From Paramoeba atlantica (lineage: Eukaryota > Protista > Discosea), in assembly GCA_977017575.1 (NCBI GenBank), contig CDRNVI010000065.1, positions 370,196-434,195 on the forward strand: a stretch of DNA of 64,000 bases, given 5' to 3'. Both the position numbers and the translations under genes were made by a program. The notes under the pieces are model-generated. The model had not been told where the DNA came from. It searched no databases and was given only the letters and a program-made list of their open reading frames with translations. Below, piece by piece: positions 43,698 through 53,995 of this stretch. Within the stretch, counting starts at the first letter, position 1, and every line of letters starts with the position of its first letter.

Positions 43698-45872
43698 TCA
43701 CAACCTCTTCATTTTACCATTCAGGGAAGGAAACCTATTTACCATCCAAGAAACAGTGAAGAACACCCCCAGCGCGGCCACCACTACAACGCAACTCGCA
43801 ACGGTTTCCGACACAAAGATGGACGTCCCGATCAGAAGCAACACACACGGCATCCCCACGTCCCGCAGGAACCGAGAAAACGTATTTCGTGGCTGGGAGC
43901 GTGCGATTCTATGCCGAAGCGTGATCCGGTGTCGCACAATGTACTGTCCCAGGTGAAGCACCGCATCATAGAGACCTTTGACAATATTCTTCACCGGACG
44001 CGCCACGGTGAACCAAAACTCATACACCTTCCACAACAGCGGCATGGAACTCGACGCATTTCGCACCCCACTCGACCCCTCCTCCCACAAAAACGACACA
44101 TTCGGGTAAAACACAAAATACACCAGAAACACCGCCACCCTCGTGGGGAGATACACCAAAACCCCCACCACCCTCACCGCTACCCACCCCACCGCCCACA
44201 CCCCCCACACCACCCCCCTCACCTGTTCCACCACCCCCTCCAACGGTCCCCCGACCCCTACCACCCCCCCGACCACGGGCTCCAGCACCCCCCTGCCCCA
44301 CCCCGCCACCGTCTCCCCCCCCTCCCCTACCGCTGCCCCCACCCTCCCCAGCCCCCCGACCACTGCCCTGCCGTAGGGCAGCACCCGGCCCAGCCCCCGG
44401 CCCCCCACGCGGGCGTACACGTCGTAGAGGCCGCAGCCCAGGGAGAGCAGGGGGTAGACCCCGAGCAGGGCGTGGGCGGCGTGGCGCAGGGCGGGGCGGT
44501 AGGGGAGGCCGGCGCGGGCGAGGGCGCGGGTCCAGGGGGGGAGGCCGGCGTGGTGGAGGGCGAGGAGGGAGCCGGGGTGGGGGTCGTGGGCCAGGAGGAG
44601 GGCGCGCAGGAGGAGGGGGGCGGGGGAGGGGTCGTGGAAGTGGAGCTGGAGGAGCGTGGGGGAGGGGGAGGCCGTGGAGGGGGGAGAGAAGTGAGAGGGT
44701 AGAGGGGGGGGAGGGGAAGCCACAGACGTGGAGACGTTAGAGGGTAGAGGGGGGGAAGGGGAGGCCTGAGACGTAGAGACGTTAGACGTAGAGACCTTAG
44801 AGAGCGCAGGGGGGGCAGGGGGGGGAGAGACCATAGAGAGCGTAGGGGAGGAAGGGGAGGCCTTAGACGTAGAGGCCTTGGAGATCGTAGGGGTGGAAGG
44901 GGGTGGAGAGGTCTTAGAGAGCGTAGGGGAGGAAGTCTTTTCAGGGGAGACGTTTAACGTAGAGACCTTGGGGATCGTAGGGGAGGAAGGGGAGACTTTC
45001 GACGTAGAGACCTTGGAGAGCGTAGGGGAGGGGAAAGATTCGTGGTTGGGGGAGACTGTAGGGGAGGAGGTGCAACACAGGGTTGGGGGATAACGTGGGG
45101 TGGATTCCAGAATAGGGGTGTTTTGGGTAACCGTACTATTGGGATTTGTGGTGGTGTCCGGTTGGGTGGGCTTGTTAGAGTGGTTGGGTTTCGGAGGTGA
45201 TTCGGAGGTGTGTTGGTTTGTGCTGTGTGAGGTGGGGCTGCGATGGGGTTCACAGAAGAAATCGGTGGGGTTGTCGAAATCGGGGAGACTGCGTGAGAAG
45301 GTGTCATAGCGATAGCGTTTGGGTTCCGTGAGGGGGTGGGTGGGCCAGGTTGTTCTTCCCAGAGGCTTGGTGAGTGGCGCTGTCATTTTCGCGGAGGATG
45401 GGCAATAAAAGGCAAACAAGGTTTCTTCGGAGGGAAACTCGCGGAGGGTATATCGCTCGATTTCGAAGCAAATCCTACCCTGCAAAAGGGCGTTGTGATA
45501 GTCGATTCCCGTGATGGCGTCGATCGGCACCTCGATAGCTTGCCAAGGAACCACGTTTTCGGTTGCCGTTCTGCATCGCTTTTGGGTCATATTAGAGAAG
45601 AAATTTTTCGGGCTTGTCGGACGATATGACATCACGGACCACAAATTGCGCCATGAACGGCGTTTGTGTGCACTGTTGACGAGCGGAGGCGTACATGCTA
45701 GCACAATTTTCTGGTTTTTTAAAAGGCTTTCCGGAATCCACACGGTGTGAACCCCTCTACGAGAATCTTCTTTGGCGTCAAACCGAGAGTAATTGGATGT
45801 CTTTGAGTAGAGTCCACCCAGTATGACATAGTGTAAGGGAAACGGGCTGTCGATCACGTCATCCAGCGCCAT
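43698..45872 (-). CDS. Conserved-looking membrane protein with Ser/Pro/Thr-rich linker
   Basis: 724-aa ORF. GLPPW...GLPYRPALR...LGCGLYDVY looks like a conserved motif. Several C-terminal hydrophobic segments. Very GC-rich core. Confidence 0.65.
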   Translation of the reverse strand: MALDDVIDSPFPLHYVILGGLYSKTSNYSRFDAKEDSRRGVHTVWIPESLLKNQKIVLACTPPLVNSAHKRRSWRNLWSVMSYRPTSPKNFFSNMTQKRCRTATENVVPWQAIEVPIDAITGIDYHNALLQGRICFEIERYTLREFPSEETLFAFYCPSSAKMTAPLTKPLGRTTWPTHPLTEPKRYRYDTFSRSLPDFDNPTDFFCEPHRSPTSHSTNQHTSESPPKPNHSNKPTQPDTTTNPNSTVTQNTPILESTPRYPPTLCCTSSPTVSPNHESFPSPTLSKVSTSKVSPSSPTIPKVSTLNVSPEKTSSPTLSKTSPPPSTPTISKASTSKASPSSPTLSMVSPPPAPPALSKVSTSNVSTSQASPSPPLPSNVSTSVASPPPPLPSHFSPPSTASPSPTLLQLHFHDPSPAPLLLRALLLAHDPHPGSLLALHHAGLPPWTRALARAGLPYRPALRHAAHALLGVYPLLSLGCGLYDVYARVGGRGLGRVLPYGRAVVGGLGRVGAAVGEGGETVAGWGRGVLEPVVGGVVGVGGPLEGVVEQVRGVVWGVWAVGWVAVRVVGVLVYLPTRVAVFLVYFVFYPNVSFLWEEGSSGVRNASSSMPLLWKVYEFWFTVARPVKNIVKGLYDAVLHLGQYIVRHRITLRHRIARSQPRNTFSRFLRDVGMPCVLLLIGTSIFVSETVASCVVVVAALGVFFTVSWMVNRFPSLNGKMKRL
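44690..45030 (-). repeat. Imperfect coding tandem repeat (VSTSKxSPSSPTLSK)
   Basis: Recurrent GACGTAGAGACC and GAGAGCGTAGGGGAGG units. Confidence 0.7.
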
Positions 45873-47317
45873 GTCATAATGTATCCATGTACAAAAGTAA
45901 GACGAATGAGATTCTATTAAGTAGAAGGATTTACAGACCAGAAACCTTACAGCAGGGGCTGAAGTATGTGGATCGAAACTGCGGTTTGAAAAATAAGCGG
46001 AGAACCCTTTCTGCAGTTTACAAAAAAAAATCTACAGTAAGTAAATTTCATTCTACTACAATACAGTAAGAGACACAATTCTGAGAATGGTGAGTTGCAC
46101 GTTTTCACGTAAAAATAACATTTTTTTGTAAAATTTCGTTACTAGTATCAGAATTGACCAATTAGACCTGTTTTTTCATGCAGGGCATGACCTGCAGAGA
46201 TATTTAGATACAGCAAGGGTGGGCGCAGTCAACGCTCCCTTCCGGACCTTTTCGCCTTCTACGGCGACACAGGGAAAAGCTCGGGGTATCATCCCCGGAA
46301 AAGCGAAGAGAAACGGCCTCATCGGGACAAGATATCCTTTCAGCCTACCGATTCGTCTTCGCGCCTTGTTTCGAGCCTTTCTTACTTCCCTGGCTACCCG
46401 TTCACGGGTCGTTTTTTATGTAAATTAAATCGATCCTCATGACATGGGGATCAAAAAATGAAACTAGGGCTACATGCCAGCTTAATATTCATTCACTTAT
46501 AGTGCAGAGATAAGACTATTTCGGAAAAGTGGGTATGTCACTTTTCTTTTTTCTTTTTTCGAATAAAAAATAGTAGCAAAAAACCAGGCTATGTCTCTAC
46601 TTCGTTGACCCGTCAACGAGTGTGATTTTTTATACGTACTTTGTTCCCGACATGGAAAAAGGGGAACGTGGGGGCGCGCACTAAGAACTAACGTCTGCCC
46701 CTTACTATGCTGTTTCACGTACACCCCCTCTCATTAATTTTAATAAATGACGTTCGGTATTTTTTCGCAAAAATTTATAATTTTGTTCAGAGTCATATCT
46801 TTTCAAATTTTTCTGAAGTACATTATTTCTATGTTCCCGAAACGTTTGGACCCCGCTTCGGACCAGGGTCTTGGTTTTTATTTTTCCCCGCAGCGCATCG
46901 CTGATCAAGAAGAAAATCGTCGAAATCAGCGCGTAATCACGTTTGTGGAGACGAAGGGGCAGGAACACTGCTCTATTGGAAATCAAATCGTGGAAGATCA
47001 TGAGAAGGCCGTCTACCTTTTATACAATAATATGCAATATAAAGTGTCCGTCAAAGCCTCTTACGAATCACCAATAAGTGTTATTCTGTCACCCGAAGGT
47101 TTGGCTCGGCAAAAATTGCTCTTCTCTGAAAAATTAGCTGGTGTCAGCTGCAGCCATTGCTGTTCGCTGAATTGTTTTCTACTAAGGAATCTGGCCCCGT
47201 GTTTTTCACAAACGGAGAATCCATGTCAATCTACAATTTTCTTGGGTGCACACACCGCCAAATACTGAAAAGTTGAACGTTGACATACAAACTTCAGAGA
47301 ACCTTAGAGAGCGCACT

Positions 47318-48976
47318 AAGCAACTTTCAGTGTGTGTAAAAATAAACGTTTGTGATGCAATTGACCGGTTAGTGTCAACGTCTTCAAATTTTAGACGTTT
47401 AGAAACTTTAGGCGTTTAGAAAAAGAGATAAAGCTTTTGTTTTCCTCCGTCTCTGATTAATTATCCTACCAGAACATCAGTGGCTGGCATAAACTTCGCC
47501 AAGAAAAAGGTGACCAAGGCTTAATAGCCATGACAGGAACTAATGCCAGACCATCGCTTAAAAAGCACTTCGAAAAATTTATCAAAGAAAGTATTTCTGA
47601 ATGTCACTTTTTTGGAATTCCAGTCAGCAAGGCGTATCTGTGGAGAATAGCTTGTGAATCCCTACTTACTCCCGATGACTCTCCCCGTTTAGCGCCCGTG
47701 ATTGAAGTGCTTAAAAAGGTTCAAGGCGAAAGACAAGAAATGCGGACGCCGTCTTAACCCACATTTGTTAGATGGTTGAGACAATTTAATGTAATTATGA
47801 AATCTATCAAACGGACACATAAACCTTCACTTCCTTTGGATCGGGAGGATCAGGGTCGCAACATGCTCCTGCGAATCGTTTATCATGTTTCATATGCCCA
47901 ACATGGAACTTTAAACGAAGATCTTGTTATTAATATAGACGAGACAGGAATTGCGTATAATAAGCTGGCCGAGCGGGGAGCTTCCTACAAAGGGAATAAG
48001 GCCGGTAATATTTCCCTAGCTGACAAACGAAGCTGCACATTGCTTGCTGGCTTATCTCTCTCAAGAAAACTTCTTTCTCCCTTCGTTGTTTGGAACGGGA
48101 AAGAGACATGCAAACATGCCAAAGTCAGGCATTACTATGAAACGGTGCAATATCAGACGGAAAATCATTATATTTCCACCGGAGCACTCTTAAACTATGT
48201 ATCAAGTATTTTAAAACCCTACTATGATGGTCAAACGCAGCATATTCTACAAGATGACCGCAAGCCTGCGATGGTTCTCCTTCTGGATTGCTGTTCGGTT
48301 CATGTATCCAAAGCCACGAGGAATAGATTTATCGATCACTGCCGTCCGGGAAAATTGTTTTCATGGCTGTGCGTGGTTTATGTCCCCGCCAAATGCACTT
48401 CTCGTCTTCAGCCATGCGACGTCGGTTTGTTTAACCGTCTAAAATCAAAAGCATTGCACTTCAGAACAATTTGTTTGCTAAAATACTGTCAAGATTTGTA
48501 TGCTCGGTCACAAAGAATCGGTGATACCAGCTCTACTGGGACAAAAATTAGCAAAAGCCAACTTCTCGACAGCACTCAAAGCGGCTACGATAATCTCAAT
48601 AGTTCTCAACAAAAACATGCCAACATACAATCTTGGACAAAGGTTGGTACTATCCCCCCCCCCTATCCTAGCGTTGCCTGGTTTTGGGAAAAAGCAACGC
48701 TAGGAGGGGGGGTCAAAAAAAAAATCGCCGCTTCGCGGCAAGAGAGTCTTGAAGAGACAGTCTAAGAAGCAACGCTAGGATAGGGGGGGTACTGAGGCAA
48801 CGCTAGGATAGGGGGAGAGTATCTCACGAGAAACTTTGACAAAGCCTGAGCATATATTGGAAGCTACAAGACGCTCTATCGAGTTCTCCGGTGAAAACAC
48901 TGCTGTAGATTCTGACGAAGAAATGGATCTTGAAGAAATTTCTCCAGAAAGTGCAGATCAACCTTTTGTACCTTAG
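47318..48976 (+). pseudogene. Decayed pogo-like (DDE_1/CENP-B-type) transposase
   Basis: Aligns with 49726-51783 from KQLSVCVKINVCD onward. Lesions: a 17-bp tandem duplication (47390-47423) causing a frameshift, in-frame TAA at 47458 and 47755, and a MITE at 48650-48819. Catalytic IDET / LDCCSVH / LQPCD are retained. A TIR-like TA|CACCCCCTCTCATTAATTTTAATAAAT lies at 46722-46748. Confidence 0.85.
48650..48819. mobile_element. MITE family A, 170-bp internally deleted copy, inserted into the pogo ORF
   Basis: Same TIRs as 2623-3015, with TA at 48648-49 and 48820-21. Confidence 0.9.
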
Positions 48977-49174
48977 CCCTCCCTTTATTATGGTTCAGGT
49001 TCATTATACTGTATGGGCGCTTAAGCAAATATTTGTCATGATCACCTCATAATTATTATCCTCGTTTACCCACAATCTATCCTTACAGCGAAAAAAATTG
49101 GTTCATCCTATCAGCTAAAGTGTTGTATATCACGTCCTTCCACCTACCCTCTCTCATTAATTTTTATAAATATA

Positions 49175-49290
49175 CTGTACCCCCCCTACTTAATTGTCAC
49201 CGCTTTTTGGGAAAAAGGACAATTAAATAGGGGGGGTGCAAATTTTTAAGAAAGTAGGGGAAAAAAAAATTGCGCCGCTTCGCGGCGCAT
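49175..49290. mobile_element. Left end of a family-D-like MITE (no right end found)
   Basis: TA|CTGTACCCCCCCTACTTAATTGTCACC...GACAATTAAATAGGGGGGG aligns with 30673-30735 and includes the GCCGCTTCGCGGC hairpin. Confidence 0.6.
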
Positions 49291-49725
49291 GTTTTACTCT
49301 ATTCTACCACCTGCTATTATTTTTCTTATGTAAGCGTATGTCCAACGGAGACACTAAAAAATTCACGATGGGCACCACTAGAGGATTTTATAGAGGCCCT
49401 ACCCGAGGGGCAGGAGGCCGTATTCTCACCCAACGCCCTAGAGGACCAGTAACCCGTTGTTCATTTGAGGTAGTTGACAGTAAACGTACTGTCAACGAAG
49501 TGGCATCGTTTGGGTTGACTCGTCAACAAGTTTTTGAGGCATTATCTTCTAAAAAGCAATTTTTAAGAATACTTTCTTTGACGTTCTGTTGTGCCGTATT
49601 ACTGTAAGTTGCATTAATAATTATAAATTTGCACAAATCCTAAATTTATAATTATTAAGGGTTTATAATTCTTTCAGAGTGTTTTTATAATTATAAATTG
49701 GTTTTAAGCTTTTTGTTTTACTCGC

Positions 49726-51783
49726 ATGTCACGACCGAAGGGGAAAAGGGGACAAGATCAGAACGTAGGCAGCATTGAACAATTTACTAGCGTATCCGGC
49801 CGACCCCCTCCTCGATGGATGGAGAAAAAGCGGCGTTTTCTTACATCCTGCTTAGAAAATGGAGGGGAAAATTCTTTTTTTAAGGAACTTTTTGTAAATA
49901 TGTTCCAATCATTTGCGAGTGAGCATGAATCTCTTTTTCTCAGTTACGTCGAAACTTTATTGCTTGAAGAGCGTACCAAGTTCATTATTGAGGAGCGCAA
50001 GGAGCGTGAAATGATAGCATGTAAATTTCATGGAGGTTTATTTAGTCTTAACGGCGACGGCATACCAATATTCTGGGACGATAATTCTACGTCGCTTCAA
50101 TTTTCGTTTTCTTTTTGTTGGACGGCGCGAAGCGTTGATGCGCCGCGTTCAATGAGTGATGAAAGTAGTGATGCTCCTCTCGCTGAAGACGATGATTCTG
50201 AACATGTGGAAATGTCACATTGCGTAAAGAAGCAATTCGTCTCCAACGTGAAGATTTGTCTGTGTGATTCCATGGATTATTTCATGCATCAATCAGACTA
50301 CTTCGTACGTCTCCCAAAGAGGGGAGGACGGTTTCCTCATTACACTAACCTATGCAAAAAACTGAAATCTGTATATCCGAGCATTGCTGAACAAATCGAA
50401 TATCAAATTCTTCGTCTTTGGTGGCAAAAACGCGAGAAGCTCGGAGACGAGTCCTTAATTCCTAAGAATACATCTAACCAACGACCAAGCATGTTGTCAT
50501 TCTATGAACCCCTCATTCGCAGGCTATTGAATGAGCTAATATTTTACGGAATTCCTGTAGGTAAGAACCTGCTCTGGGCAATTACACGTGAAGCAATCAT
50601 GCACGATTCTGACGACATTGATTATCTAACGAAACATCTCGTAGACAAAGTTAGATCTGGTGCCAAGGTAAAAGATGAAGAAACGTTTATACCATCCTAT
50701 CATACCTTCATCCGGTGGCTGTCGAAAATGGATATTTCAATGAAATCGACAAGAAATACACCCGAAGGCGCTCTACCAACAAATTTAAACGACCTTGCGC
50801 GAGATATGCTACTGCGTATATGTTATTATGTAGGCATAGAATGGAACGACAAGGTTATTTCCCCTCTTCTAATTAACATGGACGAAACTGCCGTCGCCTA
50901 TAATTCTCTTGCGGAGCGTGGCTTAACATATCAGGGGCAAGAAGCGCATAGCATTGCAGTAGGAGACAAACGAAGCGCAACTCTTGTAACTGCTGCATCT
51001 TTAAGCGGTGATTTGGTTCCACCATTCGTGATCTGGAATGGAAAAGAAGCCTATAAGGGTGCGCACGTGAAGACGTATGACACGACGGTTCAGTACCAAA
51101 CTGAAAGTCACTACATTAGCACAGGGGCATTCAAAGAATTTTTGTCACGCATTCTTCAGCCATATCATGAAAATATTGTTGGAAAACTGGATTTATCGAC
51201 TCACACGCCTATGATTCTGCTTATTGATTGTTGCAGTGTTCATACATCAAGCGCTACCAAAGAACAGATTATTTCCCAATGTAATTCGAACGGAGCATTT
51301 CCGTGGCTCCGAATTGTATTTGTTCCTGCGCGATGCACGAGTGTGCTTCAACCATGCGATGTGGGGATCTTTAATCGATTGAAACCTAAAATACGGTACG
51401 AACGAACGTTGGTTCTTCTGTCGTATTGTAAGTATAAGAGACAAAATTCTGAATTGATTGGAAGCGCGAAGGAGCTGAGTTCTCGTTTAAGTAAGGAACA
51501 ACTTCTCCGTTCGATTCATAAAGCATATGAATACATGAGCTCCCCAGAGCAGCGCAAAGCAAATGAGAAAGCATGGGAAAAAGTAGGTATCACTAGTTGC
51601 ACGTTGGAGGATCGTCGCAACTTGGTTGAAGCATGGGGAAATCGAAGACGCTTATTTCCCTTGAGCGACGACTACCACCCATTAAGTAGTGACGAAAATA
51701 CGGATTCCGAGGATGATTTCGAGGATATTCCCATTGAACTTGATGACCAACAATGGCTTGGTGTTGACACAAATGTCAATTAA
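49726..51783 (+). CDS. Pogo-like transposase, intact (685 aa, DD43D)
   Basis: CENP-B/Tc5-like HTH (GIPVGKNLLW...PSYHTFIRWL), INMDET, LIDCCSVH and VPARCTSVLQPCDVGIFNRLK. 43 residues counted between the 2nd and 3rd Asp. Acidic C-terminal tail. Confidence 0.92.
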   Translation: MSRPKGKRGQDQNVGSIEQFTSVSGRPPPRWMEKKRRFLTSCLENGGENSFFKELFVNMFQSFASEHESLFLSYVETLLLEERTKFIIEERKEREMIACKFHGGLFSLNGDGIPIFWDDNSTSLQFSFSFCWTARSVDAPRSMSDESSDAPLAEDDDSEHVEMSHCVKKQFVSNVKICLCDSMDYFMHQSDYFVRLPKRGGRFPHYTNLCKKLKSVYPSIAEQIEYQILRLWWQKREKLGDESLIPKNTSNQRPSMLSFYEPLIRRLLNELIFYGIPVGKNLLWAITREAIMHDSDDIDYLTKHLVDKVRSGAKVKDEETFIPSYHTFIRWLSKMDISMKSTRNTPEGALPTNLNDLARDMLLRICYYVGIEWNDKVISPLLINMDETAVAYNSLAERGLTYQGQEAHSIAVGDKRSATLVTAASLSGDLVPPFVIWNGKEAYKGAHVKTYDTTVQYQTESHYISTGAFKEFLSRILQPYHENIVGKLDLSTHTPMILLIDCCSVHTSSATKEQIISQCNSNGAFPWLRIVFVPARCTSVLQPCDVGIFNRLKPKIRYERTLVLLSYCKYKRQNSELIGSAKELSSRLSKEQLLRSIHKAYEYMSSPEQRKANEKAWEKVGITSCTLEDRRNLVEAWGNRRRLFPLSDDYHPLSSDENTDSEDDFEDIPIELDDQQWLGVDTNVN

Positions 51784-51900
51784 TTTTTTTTATTTCTGTC
51801 CGTTGGACAGAACTCAAAATCGGGAAGCTAGGTCGGGACCTCCTTGTTGTCTTACCTGGTACTACCGCCTCACTGATGGCACTAACGCGGACATGTAGTA

Positions 51901-52085
51901 ACCCTCCCCCTCGCTTATATATACACTTACGGTTATATATACACTTACGGTTATATATACACTTACACTTATATATACACATAAACACTTATATATACAC
52001 ATATTAGCTACTTTCGCTTATATATACACTTACACTTATAACTTTTACATACAGATAATTATGTGTATATAACCAGGGGGGGTTA
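51901..52085. repeat. MITE-like insert with TTATATATACAC(TTAC) tandem repeats in the pogo 3' region
   Basis: About six TTATATATACAC units, weak terminal inversion (CCCTCCCCCTCGCTTATATATACAC / GTGTATATAACCAGGGGGGTTAG), and flanking ACATGTAGTA direct repeats. Confidence 0.55.
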
Positions 52086-52340
52086 GTACATGTAGTAGTA
52101 CATGTAGTATCATTCGTAAAAAAGCAAGAGGCCCAGTTGCATAATTATTTATAATTATAATTATAATTATAAATACAAAAGTTTTATTTTTTATATTTAT
52201 AATTATTAATGCAACTCCCAGTACAGCGTCGAAATGTCTAATATCGAAATAGGAAAGTCTAATAATCAAAGCCTGTCAAGTGAGAAACGATTACCTCTTA
52301 GTAGACGTAGATTACCTCTAGTAGACGTAGAGTGTATGCT

Positions 52341-53180
52341 TTACATTTGCTTCAAAAGGGTCTCATGAAAATTAAATTCGTTCAGAGATGTAGGAAATAA
52401 TGCCTTATTAAACTCTCCTACAAGTTCCTTGTTTTGTTCAACACTTAGCCGTTGCAACTGCGGTGGCAGTGATTCCAGCCCTGTTATGTGCTCAAGTTGA
52501 TTGTTATTTAATCTGAGCACTTTCATGGAAGGAGGAAGTTGGCGTAGATCAACGCGACCGGTAAATGCATTCTGATTCAGTATGAGATCCGTCATTGAGT
52601 GTGGTAACGCGCAAATATTAAGGGAACCAAAGAGCTCGTTATGAGAAACTGAAAGCTCTGTGAGATTGTGAGGCAGAATGCTCAAATCAAGCGTGCTGCA
52701 AAATGAATTTGACCATAAATACGCCTCAAGTGTAGCACCAGGAAGATTTTCTACATCTAAGGAGCCAACAAGCTTGTTTGAACCTAAGTATAGAAATTCT
52801 AATTCGCGTGGAAGAAGTTCGAGTGGTAATTCGCCGGTCAAAAGATTCTTAAATATGTTTAGATAACATACCGATCGGGGCATGTATTTCCAATTTGCAG
52901 TTCCTTGAAGTTCACGCCGGTGCCATTCAATATTTGTTACTTCCTCTGGTCTAGTCGAATCTTTGCACTGAACTCCAGACCACTTGCAAGCAGGAGTTGA
53001 TGAGTTCCAAGATGGATGCGCATTTGTCAATCCAGCTGTAAATTGAGACAGTTCGATTTCCGGAGGAAAAATACTTCCAAATACTTTTCCTCGACGACTA
53101 CTGTAGCTGGGGGGACACTGTGCCTCTGTTTGATGCAAATGACTTGCAAAATGACTTGCTTCCGCTGAATTGTCTGACAT
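52341..53180 (-). CDS. Leucine-rich repeat protein (paralog of 37267-38163)
   Basis: WNSSTPACKWSGVQC cap and 22-aa LRRs. Confidence 0.9.
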   Translation of the reverse strand: MSDNSAEASHFASHLHQTEAQCPPSYSSRRGKVFGSIFPPEIELSQFTAGLTNAHPSWNSSTPACKWSGVQCKDSTRPEEVTNIEWHRRELQGTANWKYMPRSVCYLNIFKNLLTGELPLELLPRELEFLYLGSNKLVGSLDVENLPGATLEAYLWSNSFCSTLDLSILPHNLTELSVSHNELFGSLNICALPHSMTDLILNQNAFTGRVDLRQLPPSMKVLRLNNNQLEHITGLESLPPQLQRLSVEQNKELVGEFNKALFPTSLNEFNFHETLLKQM

Positions 53181-53547
53181 TTGTTTTGTAAAAAGAGTTT
53201 AAAAATGCAAAACCAAGAACCCCTATAAAGAGCTATTTCTCTTCTGAAGAAGTATTTAAAGAGAGCAAAACAGAATAAAGCTTACGCTTCTTGAAGAATT
53301 CTTTATGACGCGAATGGTATAAACCTCTGCCCTCCAAAAGTCACACGAGTTTATCCATCACATTGCTTCCTTACCTCATTTTTTGGTGAAAGTGAATCAT
53401 TATTGCGCCAAAAAAATATTTTTCTCCAATTTTCAAATATTCGTTTGAAACAAGTATGTTTTCTTTTAGAGTGTGTCAGATTATTAAAAATACAAACTTT
53501 TTTCGGTTTATCACAATGAACTGCGCACAATAACACAATTAATTAAG

Positions 53548-53757
53548 TTGTCTGCTGGAAGCCGAACCGTAACGCGCGCTGATGGCTGGCGAGCGAGTCG
53601 CTCGCTGGGAAAAGACTTGCGGCATGAGACAGTTAATCGTCGACGATCTTTGGTGCACACCAACACGGTTGAACGCATGAGTGAGATACTCAAGAAGGCA
53701 GTACGATCCCGTAGGAATGGGACCGTTGGGTGCTTTGATGAAGAAAGAAAAGATTGA
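53548..53757 (+). pseudogene. Merlin/IS1595-type transposase remnant (C-terminal catalytic part)
   Basis: TRADGWRASRSL ~ (S/T)D-x-W-x-AY-x2-L, and HETVN...VHTNTVE..LK ~ H-x-TVNH...HTN-x-IE-x-W-x2-LK. Confidence 0.65.
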
Positions 53758-53995
53758 CCAAAGTTCAGCGGAGACGTCGTCAATGGTCTGAAGATCGGAA
53801 ACAGCGAGGGAGATCTTTTAAAACAGCTGTGCGAAGATCTCTAATTAATGTGAAGACTCATCTTTTTAGAAGCGAAATCAAAAGAAATAAGTAGTAGCGG
53901 CCCATAAACGTAAAAAGATATCTGCATTTATTTTTTTCAAAAAAGGCGCAATAATGCCTCACTTTGACCCATTTTTTACCCCTTTGTCGTTCTCC

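Larger units (their letters stand above)
49602..52221 (+). mobile_element. Full-length pogo-like DNA transposon, 2620 bp
   Basis: 27-bp TIRs CTGTAAGTTGCATTAATAATTATAAAT / ATTTATAATTATTAATGCAACTCCCAG (inner 22 bp perfect), with TA at 49600-01 and 52222-23 and one long ORF. Confidence 0.9.

Noticed and set aside
43756-45309. Long overlapping ORFs in GC-rich regions (also 58290-59536 and 61466-62068)
   Set aside because: They are antisense or alternate-frame shadows of GC-rich or repetitive coding sequence, with low-complexity translations.
46230-46420. Possible Pol III small RNA (hairpins, ACCCG-TTCA-CGGGT then a T-run)
   Set aside because: No U-snRNA, 7SL or tRNA signature and no A/B boxes found. 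The structure alone is insufficient.
47458-47757. In-frame TAA codons suggesting stop-codon reassignment (as in Blastocrithidia)
   Set aside because: The two TAAs align to different residues (Gln and Tyr) in the paralog, the same copy has a frameshift and a MITE, and host genes end normally at standard stops. This is ordinary decay.
49340-49607. Plus-strand ORF apparently interrupted by the pogo insertion
   Set aside because: Rejoining across the TA adds only five codons before a stop, and no domain is evident.
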